From: Clostridia bacterium
Lineage (GTDB): Bacteria > Bacillota > Clostridia > TANB77 > CAG-508
Assembly (NCBI GenBank): GCA_045643205.1
Contig: JAZUKI010000003.1
Coordinates: forward strand, 32,001-96,000
Reading direction: 5' to 3'
DNA length: 64,000 nucleotides
Part shown: positions 20,890-30,071 of the stretch, piece after piece
How positions within the stretch are numbered: the stretch's first letter is position 1
Layout of the letters: every line of letters begins with the position of its first letter
Made by a program: the position numbers and the translations under genes
Notes under the pieces: model-generated
Told to the model about the DNA's origin: nothing
Databases searched by the model: none
Seen by the model: the letters and a program-made list of their open reading frames with translations, nothing else

Positions 20890-20984
20890 AGTGCAATTAT
20901 AGTTTATTTTATGATTTTAGTCAAAATTTTCATAAAAAAAGATACTCAATATTTTTAATATTTTGAGTATCTAAAATAAATATT

Positions 20985-21230
20985 TTAGGCTATATTATCT
21001 TCTATTAAATATCTAATTTGTTCAAAATCAACATAGCTTTCTACTATCTTTTTTACTAATTTTACTGCTTCATATTCATTGGTTGTAATATTGTTGATTT
21101 CTATTATTTGATTAGTTGTTTCATTTTCTACTCTTATACCAAAATTGTTTTCATTCTCAACAATATAATAATTAATACTATTGAACTTATTAAAATCCAC
21201 AAATACTTTCACTTCACCAATTTTAATCAC
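20985..21230 (-). CDS. Small hypothetical protein (resembles clostridial DUF6514)
   Basis: AAGGAG RBS, GTG start, YY...FGI...INNIT...IED pattern; family label from memory. Confidence 0.65.
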   Translation of the reverse strand: MIKIGEVKVFVDFNKFNSINYYIVENENNFGIRVENETTNQIIEINNITTNEYEAVKLVKKIVESYVDFEQIRYLIEDNIA

Positions 21231-21247
21231 TTTTTATCTTCTCCTTT

Positions 21248-21538
21248 CTACTCGTCATTGTTAGAATCATTGGAAGTTTCAGCTATAATTAAAATTAGCT
21301 TATCTGCTATCTTTCTCTTATCAATAATTTTAAAATTATCTGTGTTAAATATATTTTGTTTCCGCTCACTATTTAAAGTTTTCATTAATTTATTGTAATT
21401 ATCAAATCGCGGTTTTGATTCGTTTTGTTCCCAATTAATTATTGTTTGTCTTGATACTCCAACTAGTTCTGCTAGTTTTTCTTGTGATAAGTTCATGTTT
21501 AATCTTCCTCTGGAAATTTTTAAACCTAAATCTTCCAC
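21248..21538 (-). CDS. XRE-family HTH regulator (start revised to GTG 21538)
   Basis: LSQEKLAELVGVSRQTIINWEQNESKP; AAGGAG RBS. Confidence 0.88.
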   Translation of the reverse strand: MEDLGLKISRGRLNMNLSQEKLAELVGVSRQTIINWEQNESKPRFDNYNKLMKTLNSERKQNIFNTDNFKIIDKRKIADKLILIIAETSNDSNNDE

Positions 21539-21625
21539 CTTACTCTCCTTTTTAAAATGACTTGCAATCACCATTTTAACTCACTATATTCTTTGTAACA
21601 ATCAACATTTCTTTACAAATTGGCC

Positions 21626-21653
21626 TATAATGTAAAACTTCTTTTACATTATA
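21626..21653. promoter_or_regulatory. Perfect palindrome overlapping a -10 box; candidate XRE operator
   Basis: TATAATGTAAAA-cttc-TTTTACATTATA. Confidence 0.65.
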
Positions 21654-21736
21654 CACAAACAAAAAAAGAAGCACAAACTTTATAATAAAAACTATTAAAT
21701 CTATCATCAAGTTTTGCTTCTTTTTTATTTTTAATT

Positions 21737-21813
21737 TGGTGTTCCAGAAGGGAATTGAACCCCCGACACACAGTTTAGGAAACTGCTGCTCTATCCAACT
21801 GAGCTACTGGAAC
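21737..21813 (-). tRNA. tRNA-Arg(CCT)
   Basis: GTTCCAG/CTGGAAC acceptor, GCAGT-TT-CCT-AA-ACTGT anticodon arm, CCA. Confidence 0.95.
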
Positions 21814-21828
21814 ATATATGGAAGGCAT

Positions 21829-22539
21829 TTATTCATGCCATCCAGAAATTTTTGCTCTTTTAATTGCACCCATCATATTTGCTCTTGCTTGCTTATTTTT
21901 AATTTCAAATTCTTTAATTGTATTATATGCAAATTCTCTGGTTGTTTTCTTATCAACTTCACAAACAATTGGCATTGTTGGAATTTGTTTCTCCTTAACA
22001 AATGTCTTATTAGTTTTTTCAGTAGTATATATCATAGGCCTAATTATTGTCATCTCTGATCTATCCATATAACTAATTGGAGATAATGTATCAATTCTTC
22101 CTCCATAAGTAAAATTCATTAAGAATGTTTCTAAAACATCATCTTCATTGTGCCCTAAAGCAACCTTGTTGCAACCATATTCTTTAGCTATAGAATTTAA
22201 CATTCCTCTACGTAAGTTTGCACACAATGAACAAGGGTTATCCTCTTTTCTAATATCAAAAACAATCTTCTTAATATCTGATGGTACTATAACTAATTCA
22301 ACACCAGCTATTTTAGCTTGTTCTTTTAAAACATTTTCATCAAATCCTTCAAATCCCGCATCAATTGCTAATGCTATACATTCAAACTTTTTTGGATAGT
22401 ATCTTCTCAAGTTTGAAATCGCACAACACATTGCTGCACTATCTTTACCACCAGAAAGAGCAATGGCTATTTTATCGCCATCCTCAATCATGTTGTAATC
22501 TTCAACTGCTCTTCTTACTTGGCCTTCGATATTAGTCAT
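21829..22539 (-). CDS. ttcA: tRNA 2-thiocytidine biosynthesis TtcA family protein
   Basis: SGGKDS PP-loop, PCSLC, LGHNEDD, IIRP; GAGGTG RBS before ATG 22539. Confidence 0.88.
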   Translation of the reverse strand: MTNIEGQVRRAVEDYNMIEDGDKIAIALSGGKDSAAMCCAISNLRRYYPKKFECIALAIDAGFEGFDENVLKEQAKIAGVELVIVPSDIKKIVFDIRKEDNPCSLCANLRRGMLNSIAKEYGCNKVALGHNEDDVLETFLMNFTYGGRIDTLSPISYMDRSEMTIIRPMIYTTEKTNKTFVKEKQIPTMPIVCEVDKKTTREFAYNTIKEFEIKNKQARANMMGAIKRAKISGWHE

Positions 22540-22567
22540 TGCTCTCACCTCTTTTCTTTATTAAATT

Positions 22568-24286
22568 TTATTCTTCAACTAATTTTCTAACTTCAGCAGA
22601 TAATTCTTCAAGTTGATCATTGGCATCTTGTTCTGTTGTTCCTTTAACACCAATATATAATTTAATTTTGGGTTCAGTCCCTGATGGTCTAACTGCACAC
22701 CAACTATTATCTGATAAATCATAATATAGAACATTTGATGTTGGTAATTCAGTTTCTATCTCACTTCCATCTTTTCTAACTATTTTATGAGTTTGATAAT
22801 CTCTAACTTCTTCAACATCCCATCTAGCTATTTTTTCAACTGTTTTATTTCTCAAATTTTCCATCATAGTTTTAATTTTTTCAGCGCCATCAGCACCTTT
22901 CAAAACTATAGAAATTTGTTTTTCTTTATACCAACCATATTTTTCATATAATTTAATCATATGTTGATATAATGTTTCTCCATTATTTTTATAATAAGCT
23001 GCAGCTTCGCAAATTGCCATAACTGCTGATATTCCATCTTTATCTCTAGCATGATCTGAAATAATACAGCCAAAACTTTCTTCAAATGCAAATTCCATAT
23101 TATATGAATTTTCTTGTTCGAACTTTTTCATCAAAGCTCCAACCCATTTAAATCCAGTTAAAACATAAAAATCTTTTGCACCATATTCTTCAGCTATAGG
23201 ATGAGTCATGTTAGTTGAAACAATTGTTGAAATAACACATGGATTTTCTTTTAATAATCCCTTAGCTTTTCTTTGAGCTAATTCATACTCCATAACTAAA
23301 ATTGCAAACATATTTCCTGTGAAAGAAACATATTCACCATCATTGTTTTTACAATATAATCCAACTCTGTCAGCATCAGGATCATTTGCAACTACTACAT
23401 CTGCATCAACTTCTTTAGCTAAATCTAAAGCAAGTTTAAATGCATTTGGATCTTCTGGATTTGGATAATCTACTGTTGGAAAATCTCCATTTGGTTTTTC
23501 TTGTTCAGCTACTACATAAACATTCTTAAATCCAATTTCTCTTAATAGTTTTGGAGTTACTTCACCACCTGTACCATGTAAAGGTGTATAAACAATTTTT
23601 AAATCTTCACAATTTTCAATTACATCTTTATTGATAACTAAAGATTTTAATTTGTTAGAAAACGCTTCATCAACATCTTCTAAAACGATATTGTATAAAC
23701 CTTTTTCCATAGCTTCATTTTTATCAATTGTTTTAATATTTTCAAACTTTGTATTGCTTACTTCATCAATTATTTCACCATCAACTGGTGGAACAATTTG
23801 TGAACCATCATCCCAATAAACTTTATATCCATTGTATTCTGGTGGATTATGACTTGCTGTAATCATTATTCCAGCAACACATCCTAAATATCTAACAGAA
23901 AAAGATAATTCTGGAACTGGTCTTAGTTCTCTAAATATATATGTTTTAATACCATTTGCATTTAAGATTAATGCTGTTAATTCACTAAATTCTTTTGACA
24001 TATGTCTTGAATCATATGAAATAACAACGCCTTTTTTTTGGCCACCTACTTTTAAAATATAATTTGCCAAGCCTTGTGTTGCTCTTCCTACGGTGTATTT
24101 ATTCATTCTATTTAAACCTGCGCCAATTATTCCACGTAATCCTGCAGTTCCAAATGAAAGTTCTTTATAAAATCTATCTTCAATTTCTTTTTCGTTGTCT
24201 TTTATAGAAAGTAATTCATTTTTGGTTTTTTCATCAAATGAAGGATTGTTTAACCATTCTTCATATTTGGTTTTATAATCTTCCAT
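22568..24286 (-). CDS. pgm: Phosphoglucomutase/phosphomannomutase
   Basis: FGTAGLRG, TASHNP, DPDADR, FEESFG, RPSGTEPK. Confidence 0.93.
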   Translation of the reverse strand: MEDYKTKYEEWLNNPSFDEKTKNELLSIKDNEKEIEDRFYKELSFGTAGLRGIIGAGLNRMNKYTVGRATQGLANYILKVGGQKKGVVISYDSRHMSKEFSELTALILNANGIKTYIFRELRPVPELSFSVRYLGCVAGIMITASHNPPEYNGYKVYWDDGSQIVPPVDGEIIDEVSNTKFENIKTIDKNEAMEKGLYNIVLEDVDEAFSNKLKSLVINKDVIENCEDLKIVYTPLHGTGGEVTPKLLREIGFKNVYVVAEQEKPNGDFPTVDYPNPEDPNAFKLALDLAKEVDADVVVANDPDADRVGLYCKNNDGEYVSFTGNMFAILVMEYELAQRKAKGLLKENPCVISTIVSTNMTHPIAEEYGAKDFYVLTGFKWVGALMKKFEQENSYNMEFAFEESFGCIISDHARDKDGISAVMAICEAAAYYKNNGETLYQHMIKLYEKYGWYKEKQISIVLKGADGAEKIKTMMENLRNKTVEKIARWDVEEVRDYQTHKIVRKDGSEIETELPTSNVLYYDLSDNSWCAVRPSGTEPKIKLYIGVKGTTEQDANDQLEELSAEVRKLVEE

Positions 24287-24298
24287 AAATATCACCTT

Positions 24299-25633
24299 TT
24301 ATCTTTCTTTTGTTTGTTGTTTTTCCTGTTTCTCTATGTATAGTTTACTTGCTGTTTCTGGGCTATCAACTCCATTTGCATTCTTAACAGGTGCAAATTC
24401 TTGTTCTCTTTCAACTTCCATAATAATAAAATCTTTTTTTGTTTTTGATCTATTTCCATGTTTGTTAATTAAATCAGCAAATCCTTGTAAATTTTGAAAA
24501 ACATCGAATAAGAATTTTTCACATTTATATGCATTGGGTTGGTCTGCTTTTACTGTTTCGCCATTTTCATCTATATAATTTGCCTTTTTGTGAGCTAAAT
24601 GAATTGGTAATTGTTGCTTTGCCAAAGCATTCATAACTTCTATATTAAACATATTATTTAATATATGTGATTGATTATATTTTAGTGATCCATCTGGATT
24701 TCTTTCGCCTGCCATTTCAGGAGAAATTTCTGTATATTCAACAACAGTTGTTTTTCCATTTTTCTTGCAATACATACCAACTTTTTCTTCTGGTCTTGTT
24801 TTTACAACACTTTTTCCTGCTGCTAAAACATTATTATCAATAGCTAATCCAACAAATACAGGATCAATTGGTTCAACAATAATATTGTCTACACCTGTCA
24901 TGAATATCCATTCTACGCCTCTGTTTTTCATATCTTTAACACATCCGTTATTTAGTAAAGCATCAAAAACTCCACCATGGCCATCAGCTGCTTGCTTAAT
25001 TTGCTTGTCTTCACCTACTAATATTTGACCATTCTCATCAAACATAGGTAATTTTCCTTGTTTAAAAAACATTATGTTTTCTTTTTTATATTGAAAATAA
25101 TTGTTTTCTTCAAAGAACTTTACTGTTTCTTCATGATTTTCTTCACTTGTCATTATATACCAAGGAATATTAGTTGAATAGTTATTTCTTCCTTTTTTCA
25201 TTATTTCAGTTAAAATTTGAAAAATAGATTTCTCTACTCCATTATCTTTAATGAAATAAGTTCCTTTAGGACCATTGTGTCCTAATCTAGTACCTTGACC
25301 ACCTGCCATAGTTACTACTGCTAATCTTCCATTTGCTATAGCACTTGCGCCTTTTGCACTAAGTCTTGCTTTTTCTTGTTCTGTCATACTCTTTTTAACA
25401 ACAAAATCTGGTGGAGTAAATTTAATCTCCTCTTCACCTTTTTGTTCTTCTTCTTTTGCCTTCTTGACTTGTTCTTTCAAGGCTTTCAACTGTTCAAAGT
25501 CAAACTTAAAAAGGCTGTCCAAAAACGCCTTTTTCTCTTCAGTTGTTTCAAGCCTCTCATACGCTTTCCAAAGTTGCTCTTGCCCAATTTGGGCGCAAAT
25601 CTCCTTTGCACGCATTTTCTCGTTGTCCATCAT
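24299..25633 (-). CDS. UAP1/UDPGP-family nucleotidyltransferase (likely UDP-GlcNAc pyrophosphorylase)
   Basis: AGGQGTRLGHNGPKG, DGHGG, VDN, VVEYTE, EKFLFDVF, EFAPVKN. Confidence 0.88.
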   Translation of the reverse strand: MMDNEKMRAKEICAQIGQEQLWKAYERLETTEEKKAFLDSLFKFDFEQLKALKEQVKKAKEEEQKGEEEIKFTPPDFVVKKSMTEQEKARLSAKGASAIANGRLAVVTMAGGQGTRLGHNGPKGTYFIKDNGVEKSIFQILTEIMKKGRNNYSTNIPWYIMTSEENHEETVKFFEENNYFQYKKENIMFFKQGKLPMFDENGQILVGEDKQIKQAADGHGGVFDALLNNGCVKDMKNRGVEWIFMTGVDNIIVEPIDPVFVGLAIDNNVLAAGKSVVKTRPEEKVGMYCKKNGKTTVVEYTEISPEMAGERNPDGSLKYNQSHILNNMFNIEVMNALAKQQLPIHLAHKKANYIDENGETVKADQPNAYKCEKFLFDVFQNLQGFADLINKHGNRSKTKKDFIIMEVEREQEFAPVKNANGVDSPETASKLYIEKQEKQQTKER

Positions 25634-25970
25634 TTCCTCCTAATTTTTTATTTCTGTAAAACTTGTTGTGGCTTCGGTCACTTTGGACTCTTCATGCCTG
25701 ATAACAAATATAAAATTATGCCTACATGTAATGTGTTTTATGCAGACTTACATCACCAATTTACCTTAATTAAAGATACAAGCATAAATTAGCAATATAG
25801 TTCATTATACCTTAATTTTAGTATTTAGTCAAATTACATATTACATGTTTCCTTGTTTTTTAATTTCAATAATTTCTTCTAATATATTATAATTTGTCAA
25901 TTTATTGCTTTTTTGCTCTTTTTATGCTATAAATAGGCGGTGGCAAAATGTTTCTGAAAGGAGTTTTGTA

Positions 25971-27224
25971 TTGGATAAATTTTTAATAGATGGAAATACA
26001 AGTTTGACTGGTGAAATTGAAATTTGCGGTGCAAAAAACTCCGCAGTAGCAATTTTACCAGCCACACTTTTAGTTAATGGAACTATTACTTTAGAAAACG
26101 TTCCTAACATAAGTGATATAAATAAAATTTGCGATATCTTAAGAGTTTTAGGTGCAAAGGTTGAATGGACTGGAAAAAATACAGTTGTTGTTGATTCTAG
26201 AAACATCCAAACAGTACACGCTCCATTAGATAAAACAAGTGAATTTAGAGCTTCTTATTATTTTATTGGTGCTTTATTAAGTAGATTTCACGAAGCTGAA
26301 GTTGGTATCCCTGGTGGATGCAAACTAGGTCAAAGACCAATCGATCAACACATTAAAGGTTTCGAATCTCTTGGAACCACTGTTGAAGTTGATAATAGAA
26401 TTTATGCAAAAGCTGATAAATTAGAAGGAAATTCTGTTTATTTTGATGTTGTTTCTGTCGGTGCAACAATAAATGTTATGCTTGCTTCTGTTTTAGCAGA
26501 AGGCACTACAACATTATCAAATGTAGCTAAAGAGCCTCATGTAGTAGATGTTGCAAACTTTTTAAATAAGTGCGGTGCTAATATTATTGGTGCTGGTACT
26601 GAAGAAATCAAAATAATCGGTGTTGAGAAACTAGAGGGTAATTATACTTATTCTATCGTTCCTGATCAAATAGAAGCTGGAACATTTATGTGTGCAGCTG
26701 TTGCAACACGTGGAAATATTTTAATTAAGAATTGTATTCCTGAACATATGCAACCACTTACAAATAAATTAATTGATATTGGCGCTACAGTAGTAGAAAG
26801 CGGTGATTCTATAAGAGTTTCAATGGGTAATGGAAAAATCAAATCAACAAACATTACAACTGCTCCTTATCCTGGATTTCCTACTGATTTACAACCTCAA
26901 TTAGGTGTATGTCTTGCATTAGCAAAAGGAAAAAGTGTTATTACAGAAAATATTTGGCAATCACGTTTTCAATATACTATTGAATTAAATAAGATGGGTG
27001 CCGATATTATAGATAGAGGAACTTCAGCATTGTTCAACGGTGTTTCACAACTTAAAGGTGCAAAAATTGAAGCTCCAGATTTAAGAGCTGGTGCAGCATT
27101 AATCATTGCAGCACTTTCAGCAGATGGACAAACAGAACTATCAAATATTCATTTCATTGATAGGGGTTATGAAGGCGTTGAAGATAAATTTAGAAAATTA
27201 GGCGCCCATATACAAAGAATATAA
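25971..27224 (+). CDS. murA: UDP-N-acetylglucosamine 1-carboxyvinyltransferase (start revised to TTG 25971)
   Basis: GAKNS, RAS, PGGCKLGQRPIDQH, YPGFPTDLQP, DLRAGA, DRGYE; AAAGGAG RBS. Confidence 0.96.
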   Translation: MDKFLIDGNTSLTGEIEICGAKNSAVAILPATLLVNGTITLENVPNISDINKICDILRVLGAKVEWTGKNTVVVDSRNIQTVHAPLDKTSEFRASYYFIGALLSRFHEAEVGIPGGCKLGQRPIDQHIKGFESLGTTVEVDNRIYAKADKLEGNSVYFDVVSVGATINVMLASVLAEGTTTLSNVAKEPHVVDVANFLNKCGANIIGAGTEEIKIIGVEKLEGNYTYSIVPDQIEAGTFMCAAVATRGNILIKNCIPEHMQPLTNKLIDIGATVVESGDSIRVSMGNGKIKSTNITTAPYPGFPTDLQPQLGVCLALAKGKSVITENIWQSRFQYTIELNKMGADIIDRGTSALFNGVSQLKGAKIEAPDLRAGAALIIAALSADGQTELSNIHFIDRGYEGVEDKFRKLGAHIQRI

Positions 27225-27234
27225 AGGATTACAA

Positions 27235-28017
27235 ATGTTTAAGTTTTGCAATTTGTATAGTGGCAGTTCTGGAAATTGCTCACTAATAATTACAGAAAAT
27301 TCAAAAATATTAATAGATTGTGGTATTACAAATAAGAAGCTAGTTGAAGGACTAGCTTCTCTTAATATATCTACAAAAGATATTGACGCAGTATTAGTAA
27401 CTCATGAACATTCTGATCATACTAAAGGATTAAAGACTTTATGCAAAAATTCTGCAATTGATATTTATGCTAATCATCATACAATGGCAATGATTGATGA
27501 AACAATTAATGAAAATCATAAAAAGTTCTTTGTTACTGATGAACAATTTAAGATTAATGATTTAAAAATTGTTCCTTTTGCCATACCACACGATGCTGCT
27601 GATCCAGTTGGTTTTTCAGTATTAAAAGATAATAAAAAAATAACAATATTAACTGATGTTGGACATATTAATGACTCAATAATTAATAATCTTATTGGTA
27701 GTAATTTTGTTTTACTAGAATCAAATTATGAACCTGAAATGCTAATGGCTTCACGCTATCCATATAATTTAAAACGAAGAATTCTTGGTCCAAATGGCCA
27801 TTTATCAAATGATGAAGCTGGCGAATTATTATCTGAACTTTTTAAACATGGAGTTACTAATATTCAGCTTGGTCATTTATCTCAACAAAATAATTTTCCT
27901 GAATTAGCATATAAAACAGTAATAGAAAAATATATGAAAAACAATATCGATACTTCAAAAGTAAATCTTTCTATTGCTTTACGTAACCAAGTTAATAAGA
28001 TAATTGATATAGATTAA
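27235..28017 (+). CDS. MBL-fold hydrolase, YycJ/WalJ-like
   Basis: SGSSGN, THEHSDH, HDA, ESNY, GHLSN, LGHLSQQNN. Confidence 0.9.
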   Translation: MFKFCNLYSGSSGNCSLIITENSKILIDCGITNKKLVEGLASLNISTKDIDAVLVTHEHSDHTKGLKTLCKNSAIDIYANHHTMAMIDETINENHKKFFVTDEQFKINDLKIVPFAIPHDAADPVGFSVLKDNKKITILTDVGHINDSIINNLIGSNFVLLESNYEPEMLMASRYPYNLKRRILGPNGHLSNDEAGELLSELFKHGVTNIQLGHLSQQNNFPELAYKTVIEKYMKNNIDTSKVNLSIALRNQVNKIIDID

Positions 28018-28104
28018 TTAATAAAAGCTCGCATAATATAAATAAAACTTTGTAAATTATTATGAAGCTTTATAAAAACATTTTTTAAATTTCAAGGAGG
28101 TTTT

Positions 28105-28587
28105 ATGTTACACATTAATATTGTATGTGTTGGAAAAGTTAAAGAAACTTTTTCTCGCGATTTAATTAATGAATATTTAAAAAGATTAAGTAAATATTGT
28201 GAAATAAAAATAGTGGAATTACCTGATAAAAAGCTTCCTGAAAAATGTAGTAAAGCTTTGGAACAACAAGTTATTAACGAAGAAAGTCAACAAATTATTA
28301 ACTATATTAATAAGTCAAAATGCTACAACATTGCTCTAGACCTTACAGGTAAACAATATACTTCAGAAGAATTTGCTTCTAAAATAGAAGACTTACCACA
28401 AATAACAAGTGAAATTAATTTTATAATTGGTGGTTCATTAGGTATGAATGATGAATTAAAAAATATATGTAATGAAAAAATATGTTTTTCAAAAATGACA
28501 TTTCCTCATCAACTAATCAGAATTTTCCTTTTAGAACAAATCTTTAGAGCTTTTAAAATTAATAATAACGAAACATATCATCATTAA
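28105..28587 (+). CDS. rlmH: 23S rRNA m3Psi1915 methyltransferase
   Basis: VGKVKE, FIIGGSLG, SKMTFPHQLIR, EQIFRA, YHH end. Confidence 0.96.
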   Translation: MLHINIVCVGKVKETFSRDLINEYLKRLSKYCEIKIVELPDKKLPEKCSKALEQQVINEESQQIINYINKSKCYNIALDLTGKQYTSEEFASKIEDLPQITSEINFIIGGSLGMNDELKNICNEKICFSKMTFPHQLIRIFLLEQIFRAFKINNNETYHH

Positions 28588-28674
28588 TAAAAATATTTAG
28601 AAAACATTTCAACATATTAAAAAACATTTATAAATATCAATCATTAGAAAACTATTTAAAAACATATAATCATC

Positions 28675-28723
28675 AAAAAACATTTAGAAATAAATCGTAT
28701 TGGTTCATTTCTAAATGTTTTTT
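28675..28723. terminator. Bidirectional terminator
   Basis: aaaaaacatttagaaat...atttctaaatgttttt. Confidence 0.75.
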
Positions 28724-28992
28724 ATATAATTTTGTAGAGAAGATTTAAGGGTAATATACAAGATAAAAATCATAAAATTATGTATAAATAATAGCAGATA
28801 CATATCTTTAATATGTAGTAAAAAGTGAGAAAATACTATTAGACTTTTAAACAAGATTATAAATTTGACTAAATTATGGGGGCTATCTATTGTCAGAAAA
28901 TTTTTGTTTGTTAAAAGTTTGTTTATGTTTTTATATTAATCTTCTCTACAAATGTAATAACAATTTAATTAATATTAAGCATGCTTAACATG
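28676..28992 (-). ncRNA. Candidate structured ncRNA (~320 nt)
   Basis: Own TTGACA-17-TAATAT promoter (29026-28998), 15-bp closing stem (28731-28745/28938-28952), nested helices, terminator, no ORF >=60 aa. Confidence 0.55.
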
Positions 28993-29183
28993 CTCTTATA
29001 TTATTCCCCTTTCTCTTTAATGTCAACATTTTTAGAGATTAACTCATCGCCAAATTTCGACATTTTTTTCATTTATTTAAATAAAAAATAACACATATCT
29101 TTTGATACGTGCTATTTTTATATTTTACTAATTAAATAATATATTTATTATTTATTATTTATTATTTGTTTTTTATTATTTGT

Positions 29184-30017
29184 TTATTGTTTTTCAATAA
29201 ATTGTTGATAGATAGTATTCTTATTAACTCCTCTATCTTTTGCTATTTTTTTAATAATCTCTTTTTTGTCAAAACCTTGATTTTCGTAGTGTTTGTAATG
29301 TTCTTCCAATGACAAATTTAAAAGTTCATTTTCTTCTTCAACTTTGTTTCCTTCAATTAAAATTACATATTCACCTTTTGGAGTTCCAATTTTTTCGATA
29401 ACTTCTGTTGGTTTTCCTCTATAAAAAGATTCGTGAATTTTAGTTAATTCATGTGCAACTACTACATTTCTATCAGTTAAGTTTTTATCTATTTCTTTTA
29501 GTGTATCAATTATTCTGTGTGGTGCTTCATAAAGAATTGCAGTCTTCTTTTCTTTGACTAATTCGTCTGTTTTTTCTTTTCTGTTTTTATTGTTTAGTGG
29601 TAAAAATCCATAGAATGCAAATTGTGTTGTATCTAATCCTGATGCTATTAATGCATTTACCATAGCACATGCTCCTGGAATTGGAATAATACTTATTCCA
29701 TTTTCTATTGCTTGTTTTACTGCTACTTCTCCTGGATCAGAAATTCCTGGAGTTCCTGCATCTGTAACTATTGCTATATTTTTACCTTCTAATAATTTAT
29801 TTATTATTATATCAGTTTTTACATCTTCATTATGTCTGTGATAACTAAATATTGGTTTGTTAATTTCAAAATGATTTAATAATTTTAGTGTTTGTCTTGT
29901 ATCTTCAGCTGCAATTTCATCTACGTTTTTTAATGTATCTACTGCTCTAAAAGTCATATCATTTAAATTTCCAATTGGTGTCGCAACTAAGTATAAAATT
30001 CCTTTTTCCATATCCAC
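29184..30017 (-). CDS. rsmI: 16S rRNA C1402 2'-O-methyltransferase
   Basis: LYLVATPIGNL, AAEDTR, DAGTPGISDPG, YEAPHR, ELTKIHE. Confidence 0.96.
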   Translation of the reverse strand: MDMEKGILYLVATPIGNLNDMTFRAVDTLKNVDEIAAEDTRQTLKLLNHFEINKPIFSYHRHNEDVKTDIIINKLLEGKNIAIVTDAGTPGISDPGEVAVKQAIENGISIIPIPGACAMVNALIASGLDTTQFAFYGFLPLNNKNRKEKTDELVKEKKTAILYEAPHRIIDTLKEIDKNLTDRNVVVAHELTKIHESFYRGKPTEVIEKIGTPKGEYVILIEGNKVEEENELLNLSLEEHYKHYENQGFDKKEIIKKIAKDRGVNKNTIYQQFIEKQ

Positions 30018-30071
30018 AATTTTCTCACAATTTGTGTATTATGAGTTTTCCTTTCATTTATTGTATATGCT

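Noticed and set aside
21736-22072. Plus-strand ORFs over tRNA-Arg and ttcA
   Set aside because: They are antisense to a tRNA and a conserved gene.
25634-25800. glmS ribozyme upstream of the amino-sugar genes
   Set aside because: The AGCGCC...GACGAGG core is not present.
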